NCBI GenBank assembly: GCA_036574205.1
Contig: JAINCQ010000018.1
Span: 64,001 to 128,000 of the forward strand
Direction: 5' to 3'
DNA: 64,000 bases
Source: Elusimicrobiota bacterium
GTDB lineage: Bacteria; Elusimicrobiota; Elusimicrobia; Elusimicrobiales; UBA9959
Shown here piece by piece: positions 50,162 to 60,289 of this stretch (positions are counted from its first letter, which is position 1; each line of letters starts with the position of its first letter). Made by a program: the position numbers and the translations under genes. Below the pieces are notes generated by a model. That model was not told the origin of the DNA. It saw nothing but the letters and a program-made list of their open reading frames with translations, and ran no database searches.

Positions 50162-51913
50162 TTATTTTTCAAGTTTTATTTTAAGTTCCGCTAACTGCTT
50201 TTCATCAACATTTGATGGAGCTTCCATAAGGGGGCATATACCAGCAGTAGTTTTTGGAAAAGCAATCACTTCTCTTATTGAATCTTCTGTTCCGCAAATC
50301 ATAGATATAAGCCTATCAAATCCTATCCCAATGCCGCCATGAGGTGGGGCTCCATATTCTAATGCTTCAATAAGTGTGCCAAATTTTTCCTTTATTTGTT
50401 GATTTGAATATCCCATAAGCGAGAATATTTTCTCTTGAATCTCTTTTTTGTGGTTTCTTATTGATCCTGAACCTAGCTCAACCCCATTTAGTACAAGATC
50501 ATACTGGCATGATTTTATATTTTCAAGTTCTTCTTTTATGTCAAGCTTATATAGTTCTTGGGGCAGGGGGGCTGTAAAGGGATTATGCGTTGCGTCATAT
50601 CTTTTTTCCTCTTCATTCCAGTCAAGCAAAGGAAAATGTCTTACCCATAAAAATGCCCACTTTTTTTTAGGATTTTTGTCATGTTTTATTATTTCATTTC
50701 TTAAAATACCTATGTATTTTAAAATGTTACATTTATCATCGCTTACTATAAAAACTATATCTCCATCTTTTATTTCAAAAATATTTTTTAGCATTTCTAT
50801 TTCCTGAGTCTTTAAAAATTTAAGTATAGGTGATTCTATTTCTCGATTTTTCATTTTAAGCCATATAAGACCCTTTGCACCATTTGCTTGTAGTATTTTG
50901 GTTAAGTTATCAATTTCACTTCTTGAATAATTATGAACATTCTTTGCATTTATTCCTCTAATTACGCCTCCATTTTCTATAACCTGTTTAAATATTTTAA
51001 ATTCAGTGTCTTTAAATATCTCAGTAATTTCTTTTATTTCATATTCATATCTTAAATCAGGCTTATCGCTACCGTATTTCAGCATGACCTCTTCATATTC
51101 CATTTCAGGAAAAGGAATCGTTAGCTCTTCTCCCATAGAAGAAAATATTTCTTTCATTAACCCTTCAACAATTTGAGCTACATCTTTTTCATCTACAAAA
51201 CTCATCTCTAAGTCTATTTGAGTATGTTCAAGCTGTCTATCGCTTCTTAAATCCTCATCCCTGAAGTTTCTTGCAAGCTGATAATATCTGTCCATTCCTG
51301 AAATCATAAGCAGTTGTTTAAATATTTGAGGTGATTGGGGTAAAGCGTAAAACTTTCCGGGATTCATCCTTGAAGGGACTAAAAAATCTCTTGCTCCTTC
51401 GGGAGTAGATTTTGTTAAAATTGGTGTTTCTATTTCATAAAAACCTTTTGAGTGAAGATAGTTTCTTATAACATTGGCAATGCGTGATCTTGTAATAAGA
51501 TTTTTTTTCATTTTCTCTCTTCTTATATCTATATATCTATATTTTAATCTCGTCTCTTCGCCAACATTTATATAATCTGCAACTGGAAAGGGTGGCTCTT
51601 TTGATTCATTTAAAACATAAAGCTCTTTTAAGACTACCTCTATTTCACCGGTAGGAATATTTTTGTTTTCATTCCCCTGGGGTCTCATTCTTACTGTGCC
51701 AATAATCTTTATTACATATTCATTTCTAATTCTTTCTGCTTCATTGAAAAATTTATTTGAAGGTTCAACAACTATTTGAGTAATACCATATAGATCTCTT
51801 ATAATTAAAAATAAAACCCCCCCAAGATTTCTTTTAGAATCAAGCCATCCACACAATGTTACTACTTGACCTATATGGTTTTTATTTAATTCACCGCAGG
51901 TATGTGATCTCAT
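50162..51913 (-). CDS. aspS: Aspartate--tRNA ligase
   Basis: MRSHTCGEL, STPEGARDFLVP, FRDEDLR, GAPPHGG. Confidence 0.97.
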   Translation of the reverse strand: MRSHTCGELNKNHIGQVVTLCGWLDSKRNLGGVLFLIIRDLYGITQIVVEPSNKFFNEAERIRNEYVIKIIGTVRMRPQGNENKNIPTGEIEVVLKELYVLNESKEPPFPVADYINVGEETRLKYRYIDIRREKMKKNLITRSRIANVIRNYLHSKGFYEIETPILTKSTPEGARDFLVPSRMNPGKFYALPQSPQIFKQLLMISGMDRYYQLARNFRDEDLRSDRQLEHTQIDLEMSFVDEKDVAQIVEGLMKEIFSSMGEELTIPFPEMEYEEVMLKYGSDKPDLRYEYEIKEITEIFKDTEFKIFKQVIENGGVIRGINAKNVHNYSRSEIDNLTKILQANGAKGLIWLKMKNREIESPILKFLKTQEIEMLKNIFEIKDGDIVFIVSDDKCNILKYIGILRNEIIKHDKNPKKKWAFLWVRHFPLLDWNEEEKRYDATHNPFTAPLPQELYKLDIKEELENIKSCQYDLVLNGVELGSGSIRNHKKEIQEKIFSLMGYSNQQIKEKFGTLIEALEYGAPPHGGIGIGFDRLISMICGTEDSIREVIAFPKTTAGICPLMEAPSNVDEKQLAELKIKLEK

Positions 51914-53154
51914 AAAATTAATTCTCCATTTTTTATTTTATTTATAATTTCATTAATTTCCATTTTTTGCTGTTTGCCGTCTGAAAGCCTTTTTATCGTA
52001 AGCTTTGATGTTTTTTCTTCATCCTCTCCTATTATTATTGCATATCTGGCAGAGTTTGAATTAGCATCTCTCATTTGTGATTTGAGGCTGTTTTCAAAAT
52101 TAGAAAAATCCGTTTTTATACCGGCATTTCTAAGCAGATTTATTATCTTAAAACAAAATTTAGATTGTTTTGAGGATAATGAAACCACAAAAACTAAATT
52201 GTTATCATTTTCTTTGTATCCTTTTGAAATCATTAACGAAACTACTCTTTCAACTCCCATTGCCCAGCCAACGCTTGGAGAATTTACTCCCCCCATTAAT
52301 TTTACAAGATTATCATATCTCCCCCCTCCAGCTATTGCATCCTGTGAAGATTGAGAAGACATTTTAAATTCAAAAACTGTTTTCGTGTAGTAATCTATTC
52401 CCCTTACAAGGAGTTTATTCTCTATAAATGTTATATTGTTTGCGTTTAAAGCCTCTTTTAATAGATTATGATGGGTTAAACATTCATCACATAATTCTAT
52501 TGGTGGAATGTTTTTAAATTTATCCTGATCTATTTTACAATCCAATACCCTCAGCGGGTTTTTTGATATCCTTTGGTTGCAATCCTGACATAAATCCAAT
52601 TTTTTTAATTCTGAAACAATAAGTTCTTTGTATTTTTTTCTACAGGCTTGACAACCTAAAGAATTTATTTCTATTCTATATAGATTATTTAAATTAAGTT
52701 TTTTTAATATTGAGTCTAATAGTATTATTATTTCAGCATCTGCATATGGAGATGGGTTGCCTATATATTCAACCCCTATCTGTTCAAACTCCCTATATCT
52801 CTGGGCTTGTGGCCTTTCAGCTCTAAACATATTCCCAATGTAAAAATATTTATGAGAATTTCCTTTAAGATTAAGATTATTTTCTATGAAAGCTCTTACT
52901 GTTCCAGGAGTTCCTTCAGGTCGTAAGGCAAGCACTCTTTTAGAATTATCTTCAAATTTATACATTTCTTTTTTCACTATATCTGTTTCTTCTCCAGTGG
53001 ATTTAACAAAAAGATCAAAATATTCAACTGTCGGAAGTCTTATTTCCTTAAAATTATATGTTTCAAAAGTTTCTCTGGCAGTTTTTTCTATTTGATAGAA
53101 TATATCAGATTCAGGAGGTAATACATCTTTAAATCCTCTAACCCTTTGTATCAT
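51910..53154 (-). CDS. hisS: Histidine--tRNA ligase
   Basis: LRPEGT, FRAERPQ, LVRGIDYY, GGGRYD. Confidence 0.97.
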   Translation of the reverse strand: MIQRVRGFKDVLPPESDIFYQIEKTARETFETYNFKEIRLPTVEYFDLFVKSTGEETDIVKKEMYKFEDNSKRVLALRPEGTPGTVRAFIENNLNLKGNSHKYFYIGNMFRAERPQAQRYREFEQIGVEYIGNPSPYADAEIIILLDSILKKLNLNNLYRIEINSLGCQACRKKYKELIVSELKKLDLCQDCNQRISKNPLRVLDCKIDQDKFKNIPPIELCDECLTHHNLLKEALNANNITFIENKLLVRGIDYYTKTVFEFKMSSQSSQDAIAGGGRYDNLVKLMGGVNSPSVGWAMGVERVVSLMISKGYKENDNNLVFVVSLSSKQSKFCFKIINLLRNAGIKTDFSNFENSLKSQMRDANSNSARYAIIIGEDEEKTSKLTIKRLSDGKQQKMEINEIINKIKNGELIL

Positions 53155-53810
53155 TCTTTTACTCCCGAGATAGATCTAATTTTGTCTACGTCAATAATTG
53201 TTATTCTTTCCCTTGAAGTATCTATTATCCCTTTTTCTTTCATTTTTTGTAAAACCCTATTTACAGGTATTCTTGTTGTCCCTAAATTTTCAGCAAGTTT
53301 TTTTTGTGTTATATAAATTTTCCCCATTTTTTCTTTTTTTGATAACTCAAATATTTCTTTTGCAACCCTTCCAAATATATTTTTAAATATAAGTCCTTCT
53401 ATTTCTTCATCTGCTTTTTTAAGCCTATAGGCTAAGTTATATAAAAGTTTCAGTATAAAATTCTTATTCTTAAGAATATATTTTTGAAAATCTTTACTTG
53501 ATATTGAAAAAAGTTCTGAATCTTCTTCTGCTTGCGCGGATGCAGTCCTATATTTTATTCCAAGAAGAGCAAGCTCTCCAAAAAACTCTCCTTCACCAAG
53601 AATTGAATATACCTTTTTTTTGTGTGATGCATTAGTAAAAATTTTTATCTTACCAGATTTAACAATAAAAAATGAATTGCCAATTTCATTTTTATTAAAA
53701 ACTATCTTGCCTTTTTTTACCTTTTTTATTTTTAGTATTTTTGATATTTTTTTAAACTCGCTGTCCGAAAAATTGCTGAAGATATTAACTTTCCTGAATA
53801 ATGACTTCAT
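53151..53810 (-). CDS. Crp/Fnr family transcriptional regulator
   Basis: cNMP-binding motif FFGELAL...RTAS; HTH TQKKLAENLGTTRIPVNR. Confidence 0.92.
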   Translation of the reverse strand: MKSLFRKVNIFSNFSDSEFKKISKILKIKKVKKGKIVFNKNEIGNSFFIVKSGKIKIFTNASHKKKVYSILGEGEFFGELALLGIKYRTASAQAEEDSELFSISSKDFQKYILKNKNFILKLLYNLAYRLKKADEEIEGLIFKNIFGRVAKEIFELSKKEKMGKIYITQKKLAENLGTTRIPVNRVLQKMKEKGIIDTSRERITIIDVDKIRSISGVKE

Positions 53811-54086
53811 AATTAAGAAACTCTCCTATTCTTATATTATATAATATATATAATTGGTTGCGAGAGAACAGATTTCTAAAAGCTAAAATTGAAATCTACT
53901 TTCAAATTCATTATAAGCTTTTTACCCTTTTGTGATATGTAGTTTATACCTTTGAGAGGATTAGGTTAAGGAGAATATAATTTTATAGCATAATCTTTTG
54001 TTTTTCCCTTATTAATAGGAAGGGAGTTTTTTTAGAAAATCAAGAAGCTTTGGTTAAAAAAATTTATATTAAAATAAAATAATTAA

Positions 54087-54118
54087 CCCCGCTTATCCTT
54101 CGTATAGAATAAGCGGGG
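54087..54118 (-). terminator. Probable intrinsic terminator of the protease gene
   Basis: CCCCGCTTAT/ATAAGCGGGG stem followed by a T-rich tract on the minus strand. Confidence 0.65.
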
Positions 54119-54132
54119 AAGCCCAGGAAATT

Positions 54133-55152
54133 TTATCTGTCAAAGCTAAAGTTAATTGCTTTTGAAGTGTCAAAACTATCAAAATCAGTTTTAACCTGAA
54201 TACTTTTTGGTTCTCCTGTATCTTTAATGCCTGTAAGTATTTCGGAAAGATAGGGATAAAGGGCTGATATTTTTGTTGAATCTTCTCCTCTTCCGCCGTT
54301 ATCTTCAACCCTGTTTGATATTGTACAACCCATAGGTGTTTGAACAAAATCATTATCCCCTCTTACCAGTATTCCCTCTATAAGTTTTGTTTTCATATCA
54401 AAAACAGGGGAACCAGAGTTTCCGCCATAAGTATCTAAATTAGCCACAAAATATCCATTTGGAGAGGGGTCTCTAACTGTAGCGCCATCGGCAAATTTTA
54501 CTGGCAGACCAACTGGATGTCCTATTACAAACATAGATTGTCCAATCGAGAGTTTCTGGTTTGTGTTGATTTTAAGCGGTTTTCTGTTTGAAACTTTTCT
54601 GTCAAGTTTTATTATTGCAAAATCTGAACCCAGTCCTATACCCTGGGGATTATCCTCAGTTGGTTCCGCTCCAATATGAGTTTTTATTATTTTAGAACAT
54701 TTATAGACATCTGAAGCAGGGATCTCGGTTGTAGCTGTAAAAGGATTGTTTCTGTCTTTTATTGCATATCCAAAAACAAAATATGTTGATGAACATTTTG
54801 CTTCAGTATTTATACAATGTCCTGCTGTAATAATAGTATCATCAGCTATCAACAAACCGGAGCAGAAAGCTCCTATAGGCTGATCCCTGAAAGGTTCATC
54901 TTCACATAGATTAAGTCTCTGCCCATAATTTTGAGTAACAAGAGTATATTTATTTTTAGAACTATCAAATCTGATATTTGCGCTATCCCATAATGAAACG
55001 ACTGAATCTGCAAGAGTTTTAATCTCCGAAGACATTTCAAAATAGTCTTTTCTATTATCTTCACCGTAAATAACTTTATTGTTGAGAGCGTTTAGCGTAA
55101 ATGGAAAAGGTATTAGAGAGATTACGATTAGTTTTAAGGTGGTGTTTTTCAT
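54133..55152 (-). CDS. Secreted trypsin-like (V8/glutamyl endopeptidase-like) serine protease
   Basis: Signal peptide, VIYGEDNR, TAGHC, DFAII, GHPVG, DTYGGNSGSPV. Confidence 0.9.
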   Translation of the reverse strand: MKNTTLKLIVISLIPFPFTLNALNNKVIYGEDNRKDYFEMSSEIKTLADSVVSLWDSANIRFDSSKNKYTLVTQNYGQRLNLCEDEPFRDQPIGAFCSGLLIADDTIITAGHCINTEAKCSSTYFVFGYAIKDRNNPFTATTEIPASDVYKCSKIIKTHIGAEPTEDNPQGIGLGSDFAIIKLDRKVSNRKPLKINTNQKLSIGQSMFVIGHPVGLPVKFADGATVRDPSPNGYFVANLDTYGGNSGSPVFDMKTKLIEGILVRGDNDFVQTPMGCTISNRVEDNGGRGEDSTKISALYPYLSEILTGIKDTGEPKSIQVKTDFDSFDTSKAINFSFDR

Positions 55153-55218
55153 CGTTCCTCCGTATATATTTTAATTACAAATTGATTGAAGTCAAATATT
55201 TTTAGTCCTAATATTAAA

Positions 55219-55234
55219 TAGGTCTTTAGTCCTA
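55219..55234. promoter_or_regulatory. Palindromic operator-like site TAGGTCTTTAGTCCTA
   Basis: 67-82 nt upstream of ATG 55152; an extra half-site TTTAGTCCTA lies at 55201-55210. Confidence 0.55.
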
Positions 55235-55243
55235 TTTTATTCC

Positions 55244-56209
55244 TCAGAATATTGTATATGATACGACGGTATATTTATCTATGAGATATATAGCAATTGT
55301 TGAGATTACAATTACAGAGGTTATTAAAATTCCATAAAAATGATATTTGTTTGTTCCGGGAATAGATAGTTCTATTAATGCATCTTCTTCCCAGCTTATT
55401 CCTTTTTTGAAATAACTTAAAAAATTGTATATTGAATAGCATTCAAGCGCAAAGAAAGGAAAACCTAAATACCCCGCTATTGGCATTTCAAATAACCTTG
55501 GAGAGTTAAGATAAGGAAGGGTATAAATCCATTTTGCCCCTGCTTTGAAATTCCATAGTTCCCATATAAACCCGCATAGTAATCCTGCCAGGAGAATAGA
55601 AAGTATTTTAGATATATTTCCGCCAGATAATTCCTTTATAATAGAACGGGTACCGATTTTATAATTTAACGGTTCAAATATAAATAATAGAGATATCCAT
55701 ATAAAAGGAAATAAAAGTTTTGGAAAAACAAGTGTTAAAATAGTTAACAATATTCCGCCATAAAAACATACCTGCCTTATTTTATTGTCAAATTTTATAT
55801 TTATTTTAGTTTTTATTTTTTTAAATATTCCAATAGTTTCCATAAACTCGGTTGTTTCAAAAATTGCAGGTAAAACCGTAGCATAAGATAATATATATCC
55901 TATGTTCCTTGTTTTTGTATCCCATGGAAGCATAACATACTTCCAGTTTTTAAGAAAAATATTAAATATTTCAAAAGAAAACCATAACCCAGTTGAAACG
56001 AAAAGCATATATATAAATTCTTTTGTTCTTGAAATAATAAGAGAATTATCTTTTAAACTATAGATAGTTCCATCTATAAAAAAAATGTATGAATACCAGG
56101 CAAAGATATAGTAGAGTCTATAAAAAGGGTTTACCTGAAAATATGAAAAGAAAGTTGATATAAAAAAAAGCAATACTCCACCCAATATAAAGGCAATATT
56201 GATTCCCAT
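55244..56209 (-). CDS. Multi-pass membrane protein of unknown function
   Basis: About 9 TM helices; WELWNF..AKWIY and FEMPIAGYLGFP motifs. Confidence 0.75.
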   Translation of the reverse strand: MGINIAFILGGVLLFFISTFFSYFQVNPFYRLYYIFAWYSYIFFIDGTIYSLKDNSLIISRTKEFIYMLFVSTGLWFSFEIFNIFLKNWKYVMLPWDTKTRNIGYILSYATVLPAIFETTEFMETIGIFKKIKTKINIKFDNKIRQVCFYGGILLTILTLVFPKLLFPFIWISLLFIFEPLNYKIGTRSIIKELSGGNISKILSILLAGLLCGFIWELWNFKAGAKWIYTLPYLNSPRLFEMPIAGYLGFPFFALECYSIYNFLSYFKKGISWEEDALIELSIPGTNKYHFYGILITSVIVISTIAIYLIDKYTVVSYTIF

Positions 56210-56264
56210 AATTCTATTTTATTATATTTTTAGTTATTTGTTATAATGAAAATTAAGAGGGTGT

Positions 56265-57183
56265 ATGGTTTTAAAACCTAAAAAAAACATTATTATTCTT
56301 TTTTGCTACCTCTTTTTTTGGCATTTCTCTATACACTCAACTTAAGGTGCCGTCTGAAGATCCAAAGACTTATTATAAAAGAGGGGTTGCTGCTTTAAAC
56401 AAAGGTTCTTATTCTCTTGCAATAAGCGAATTTGATAATGCCATATTGGCTGATGATAAATATTTTGAAGCTTATTATCAAAGAGGAATTGCATATTTTA
56501 AAAAAGGTGAGTTTGAAATTGCTGTTCAGGATTTTTCATCTGCCATAGAATTAAAACCGAATTTTGCTCAGGCATATTATTATCGTGGTATGGCCTATGA
56601 AAAGCTTGGTAGAAAAGATGAAGCTATTATGGATTTTGAAAAATCAAAGGAATTAAACTCTACTGGAAAGATAATTAGTAAATCACAAGATAAAAAAGGA
56701 AAACTTGATTTGTCTCCTAAATATGACAAAGCGGTGGTTAAATTTAATGAGGCAATATCATTGAATCCAAAAGATCCAGTTCCATATAATAGGAGAGGTG
56801 ATGTGTATTTAAGGAGAATGGAATATAAAAAAGCAATTTCAGATTTTACAAAAGCGATAGAGCTTAATCCTAAATATTCTGAAGCTTATCATAATCGTGC
56901 AATGGCATACCTTGGTGATGAATCTTATGAATTAGCTATAAAAGATTTTACCAGGTCTATTGAATTAAATCCTGTAAATTCTGATGCTTATTATTATCGC
57001 GGAATTTCGTATTCTAATCTTTCCAGAAATGAGGAAGCAATAGCAGATTTTACTAAAGCAATAGAACTAAACCCACAAGATGCTACTGCTTATTATATGC
57101 GTTCAAAAGTTTACAGATCAATTGGTAAAGAAGTTGAAGCTGAAATGGATTACAGGAAGTACAAGGAAATAGTAAGAAAATAG
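56265..57183 (+). CDS. TPR-repeat protein whose signal/anchor segment is out of frame by +1
   Basis: Canonical TPRs in 56347-57183. SD-preceded ATG 56265 is 82 nt upstream; removing one A from the A8 run at 56280-56287 gives MVLKPKKTLLFFFATSFFGISLYTQLKVPSED. Confidence 0.75.
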
Positions 57184-57190
57184 TTTTGAG

Positions 57191-57829
57191 TCAAAATTTC
57201 GCTGATATGGCCACAAATCCCCCTTCTCCATAACCTTTTGAGATTCTATCTATTTGTTTAAGATTTTTAAGTTTTACTGGATCTAAAAAAAGAGTCTGAT
57301 ATGTTTTGATTTTTGTAAATCCTAGTTTTCTAATTTTTTCTATTATAACCTTTGCAGAATAAAATTTTGCATTAGCATAAAATTTATTTTTTTTCTTTTT
57401 TCTTAAATAATATTTTCCTAACTTAGTATTTCTGTCTATAATACCAATTAAAAGTATCCCATTATTCTTAAGTATTCTTTTGGCTTCAGATAAAACCTGA
57501 TTCGAATTTTGAACAAAACACAAAGTAAAACATATTAAAACCATATCAAAATTTTTATCAGGAAAAGGAATGTTCTCTCCAAAAGCCTTTATAACTTTTA
57601 TTCCCCTTTCTGCTGCTATTTTGCCCATCTTATTAGATGGTTCTATGCCATTTCTTATACCAAGAGCTTTTGCAAATCTTCCGCTGCCAACACCTATTTC
57701 AACTGCGTTTTTATATTTAAAATTTCCAATTGCTTTTTTTAAAGCATTTAACTCAGAAAGATATAAAAATTTGTTTTCATCATACCATCTATCGTATTCT
57801 TTATAATATTTATCAAACGGGTTTTGCAT
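57191..57829 (-). CDS. Class I SAM-dependent methyltransferase
   Basis: YDRWY, EIGVGSGRF, ENIPFPDKNFD. Confidence 0.9.
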   Translation of the reverse strand: MQNPFDKYYKEYDRWYDENKFLYLSELNALKKAIGNFKYKNAVEIGVGSGRFAKALGIRNGIEPSNKMGKIAAERGIKVIKAFGENIPFPDKNFDMVLICFTLCFVQNSNQVLSEAKRILKNNGILLIGIIDRNTKLGKYYLRKKKKNKFYANAKFYSAKVIIEKIRKLGFTKIKTYQTLFLDPVKLKNLKQIDRISKGYGEGGFVAISAKF

Positions 57830-58472
57830 TTTTAATTATATTATTTAATTTTTTTATTTTAGCCTTTATGTCTTTAGCCTGAGTTATTTCCGTTACAAGG
57901 CAAAAACACCTGGCCCCTTCTTTTACTACTTTTTCAAGGTTGTGTTCTTTTATCCCACCTATGGCAACAAATGGAATTTTTTTATTTTTTACTACCCATT
58001 CAAGATAGCCAATCCCTACTGGATCCATAACATTGTCTTTTGTATGAGTTTCAAAAAGTGGGCCAACACCTGCGTAATCTGCGCCATCTTTGAAGGCTTT
58101 TTCATATTGTTCTGGATAATGAGTTGAAACACCTATTATAAAATCTTTTCCAACAAGTTTTCTGACTTCTTTTACTGGATAATCATCCTGTCCTAAATGA
58201 ATTCCATCTGCTTCTACAATTAATGCCAGGTCCGGATGGTCATTTACAATAAGTAAGGCTTGATATTTTTTAGTGAGTTTTCTTATTTCTTTACATTCTT
58301 CATATTTTTTTAGAAAATCCATATATTTTTCTCTATATTGAATTATCTTAATTCCAGAATCAAGCATATTTTTAACAACTTCTATATTGCTCCTACCATT
58401 AGAATGTTTCATGTCTGTAATACAGTATATTTGATAATTTTCAAATAGTTTCATTTTTTGATTTTTAGTCAT
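57813..58472 (-). CDS. thiE: Thiamine phosphate synthase
   Basis: IQYREK, IVND, GIHLGQDD, VAIGGI. Confidence 0.95.
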   Translation of the reverse strand: MTKNQKMKLFENYQIYCITDMKHSNGRSNIEVVKNMLDSGIKIIQYREKYMDFLKKYEECKEIRKLTKKYQALLIVNDHPDLALIVEADGIHLGQDDYPVKEVRKLVGKDFIIGVSTHYPEQYEKAFKDGADYAGVGPLFETHTKDNVMDPVGIGYLEWVVKNKKIPFVAIGGIKEHNLEKVVKEGARCFCLVTEITQAKDIKAKIKKLNNIIKNAKPV

Positions 58473-59164
58473 CTGTCCTCCGGTATTTGATTTTGTAGAA
58501 CCCTTCTTAAAACCTCATCTGCCTGCATGCTTGCAACTGCGATAACTTTCGGTGCAAGAGGTATATGACATTCCCCTTCTTTTATAAGCTTGTCTCTTGA
58601 ATTACATCCTTTTTCTTGATAACATTCATCACAGCATCCACACCTTGAAATAAGATCCCCTATTATGGTATATTCCTTTTTCCTGATTATTTTTACATTT
58701 TCTATATCACCATAACCTGCCACTCCACTTGCCATAATCACCACTTTTTTAAGTTTTAATGAGGTTTCGAAAACCATCTTTTTAGCCCATTCTTTATCAA
58801 CAGCCTCAACTACTATATCAGGATTATAATCCTTAATTATTTTTGAAAGTAATTTTTGATTTAACATCTTGTTTATAGCAATTATATTCGCTTCAGGATT
58901 TATTTTTAATAACCTTTTCTTGGTGATCTCAACCTTATTTTTTCCAACATCTTCTGGGAAGTAAAATTGTCTATTTAAATTCTTAAGTTCTACCATGTCA
59001 TAATCAACAATAACGAAATTTTTAAAACCAGTTCTTACTAAAATATTCAAAATATTTGATCCAAGTCCTCCACATCCTATAACCATAATTTTAGCTTTTG
59101 ATATTTTTTTTAGTTCTCTTGAACTAAAATAAATTCTAAAAATTTCATTTATGTCTTTTTTCAT
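58469..59164 (-). CDS. thiF: ThiS adenylyltransferase ThiF
   Basis: GCGGLGS, DYDMVELKNLNRQ; located in the thi operon. Confidence 0.88.
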   Translation of the reverse strand: MKKDINEIFRIYFSSRELKKISKAKIMVIGCGGLGSNILNILVRTGFKNFVIVDYDMVELKNLNRQFYFPEDVGKNKVEITKKRLLKINPEANIIAINKMLNQKLLSKIIKDYNPDIVVEAVDKEWAKKMVFETSLKLKKVVIMASGVAGYGDIENVKIIRKKEYTIIGDLISRCGCCDECYQEKGCNSRDKLIKEGECHIPLAPKVIAVASMQADEVLRRVLQNQIPEDR

Positions 59165-59219
59165 ATATTACCTTATCTGAGTTTTATTTTTTTAAAGAAC
59201 AAAATATCTATATTTTCAA

Positions 59220-60287
59220 CTAATTTATTCTGGTCCAGTTAATAAACTCCGCTCTATATCCTTTGCTTTTTAACATATCAATAATTTCTTTTACAGTTCT
59301 TTTATCAGATATCTGAAACTGACCTTCATTTTCCTTGTTATTAAAATTGCCACCAACGTATGTTTTTGATTCCGCACTTATTCTTGTCACCCCTATTTCA
59401 ATAATATTATCTCTTATATATTTATTTTCTCTGGTTGAAATATTTATTCCTATTCTTGGTAGAAATATTCTTGAAAGGACTATTAGTTTAATGAAATTTT
59501 TATCAGTTAATGGATAAATCTTACATTTACAAAAACTTTCTTTTATTCTTGGGAGTGAAATGTTTATTTCACAATCTGGATATTGAGATTGTAAGTAATC
59601 AGCATATCCTAAAGTTATAAAGGCATCAAATATCCAGTCTTTATTGAGTCCAAATAATGCTCCTATATTAACCTCTTTTACATTCGCTCTAATTGCCCTT
59701 TCGATAGCGCCAAGTCTAAAATAAAAGTCTTTTTTAGGTCCAAATTTATGTAATTTCGAATAGAGTCTTTTATCAAAAGTCTCCTGATATAACGTAACTC
59801 CTGTAACTCCATTTTTAACAAGTTTTTTATATTCAAATTCTTCTAATGGATAAATCTCTATCAGGATCTCAGAAAAATACTTCTTTCCAAGTTTTACAGC
59901 TTCTATAATATAGCTTAATGGTGAATTATGTTTATCATCTCCTGTTAGTATTAAAATAGTATCAAAATTCTTTTCTTTTAAAGAGATAAACTCTTGTTCA
60001 ATCTCACTCAAACTTAGCTTTTTCCTTTTTATTTTATTTAAAGCGGAAAATCCACAATAAAGACAACCGTTTACACAGTAATCTGAGATATAAACAGGAG
60101 TATATAGCAGAACTGCTTTTCCAAAATAACTTTCTGTTATCTTTTTAGCTTTTAATGCATATTTTTTTAAATCTAATTTTTCATCTTCAACTAATCTTAA
60201 AAAATCTAAAAGCCATAGATCTTTTTTAGTTTTAACTTTTCTTGTTTTGTAAATTTCCTCAAGCTCTTTTAATCTTTCATCAAACAT
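59220..60287 (-). CDS. thiH: 2-iminoacetate synthase ThiH (radical SAM)
   Basis: YTPVYISDYCVNGCLYCGF, YQET, ISTRE, QFQISDKR. Confidence 0.93.
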   Translation of the reverse strand: MFDERLKELEEIYKTRKVKTKKDLWLLDFLRLVEDEKLDLKKYALKAKKITESYFGKAVLLYTPVYISDYCVNGCLYCGFSALNKIKRKKLSLSEIEQEFISLKEKNFDTILILTGDDKHNSPLSYIIEAVKLGKKYFSEILIEIYPLEEFEYKKLVKNGVTGVTLYQETFDKRLYSKLHKFGPKKDFYFRLGAIERAIRANVKEVNIGALFGLNKDWIFDAFITLGYADYLQSQYPDCEINISLPRIKESFCKCKIYPLTDKNFIKLIVLSRIFLPRIGINISTRENKYIRDNIIEIGVTRISAESKTYVGGNFNNKENEGQFQISDKRTVKEIIDMLKSKGYRAEFINWTRIN

Positions 60288-60289
60288 AA

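Noticed and set aside
50162..51913. Non-discriminating AspRS
   Set aside because: It has RNLGG rather than RDHGG, and asnS is present. Not decisive, but there is no support for the claim.
53845..54080. Possible riboswitch or ncRNA upstream of the crp-like gene
   Set aside because: Only weak AT-rich stems, no known motif, and a -10-like element lies close to the gene.
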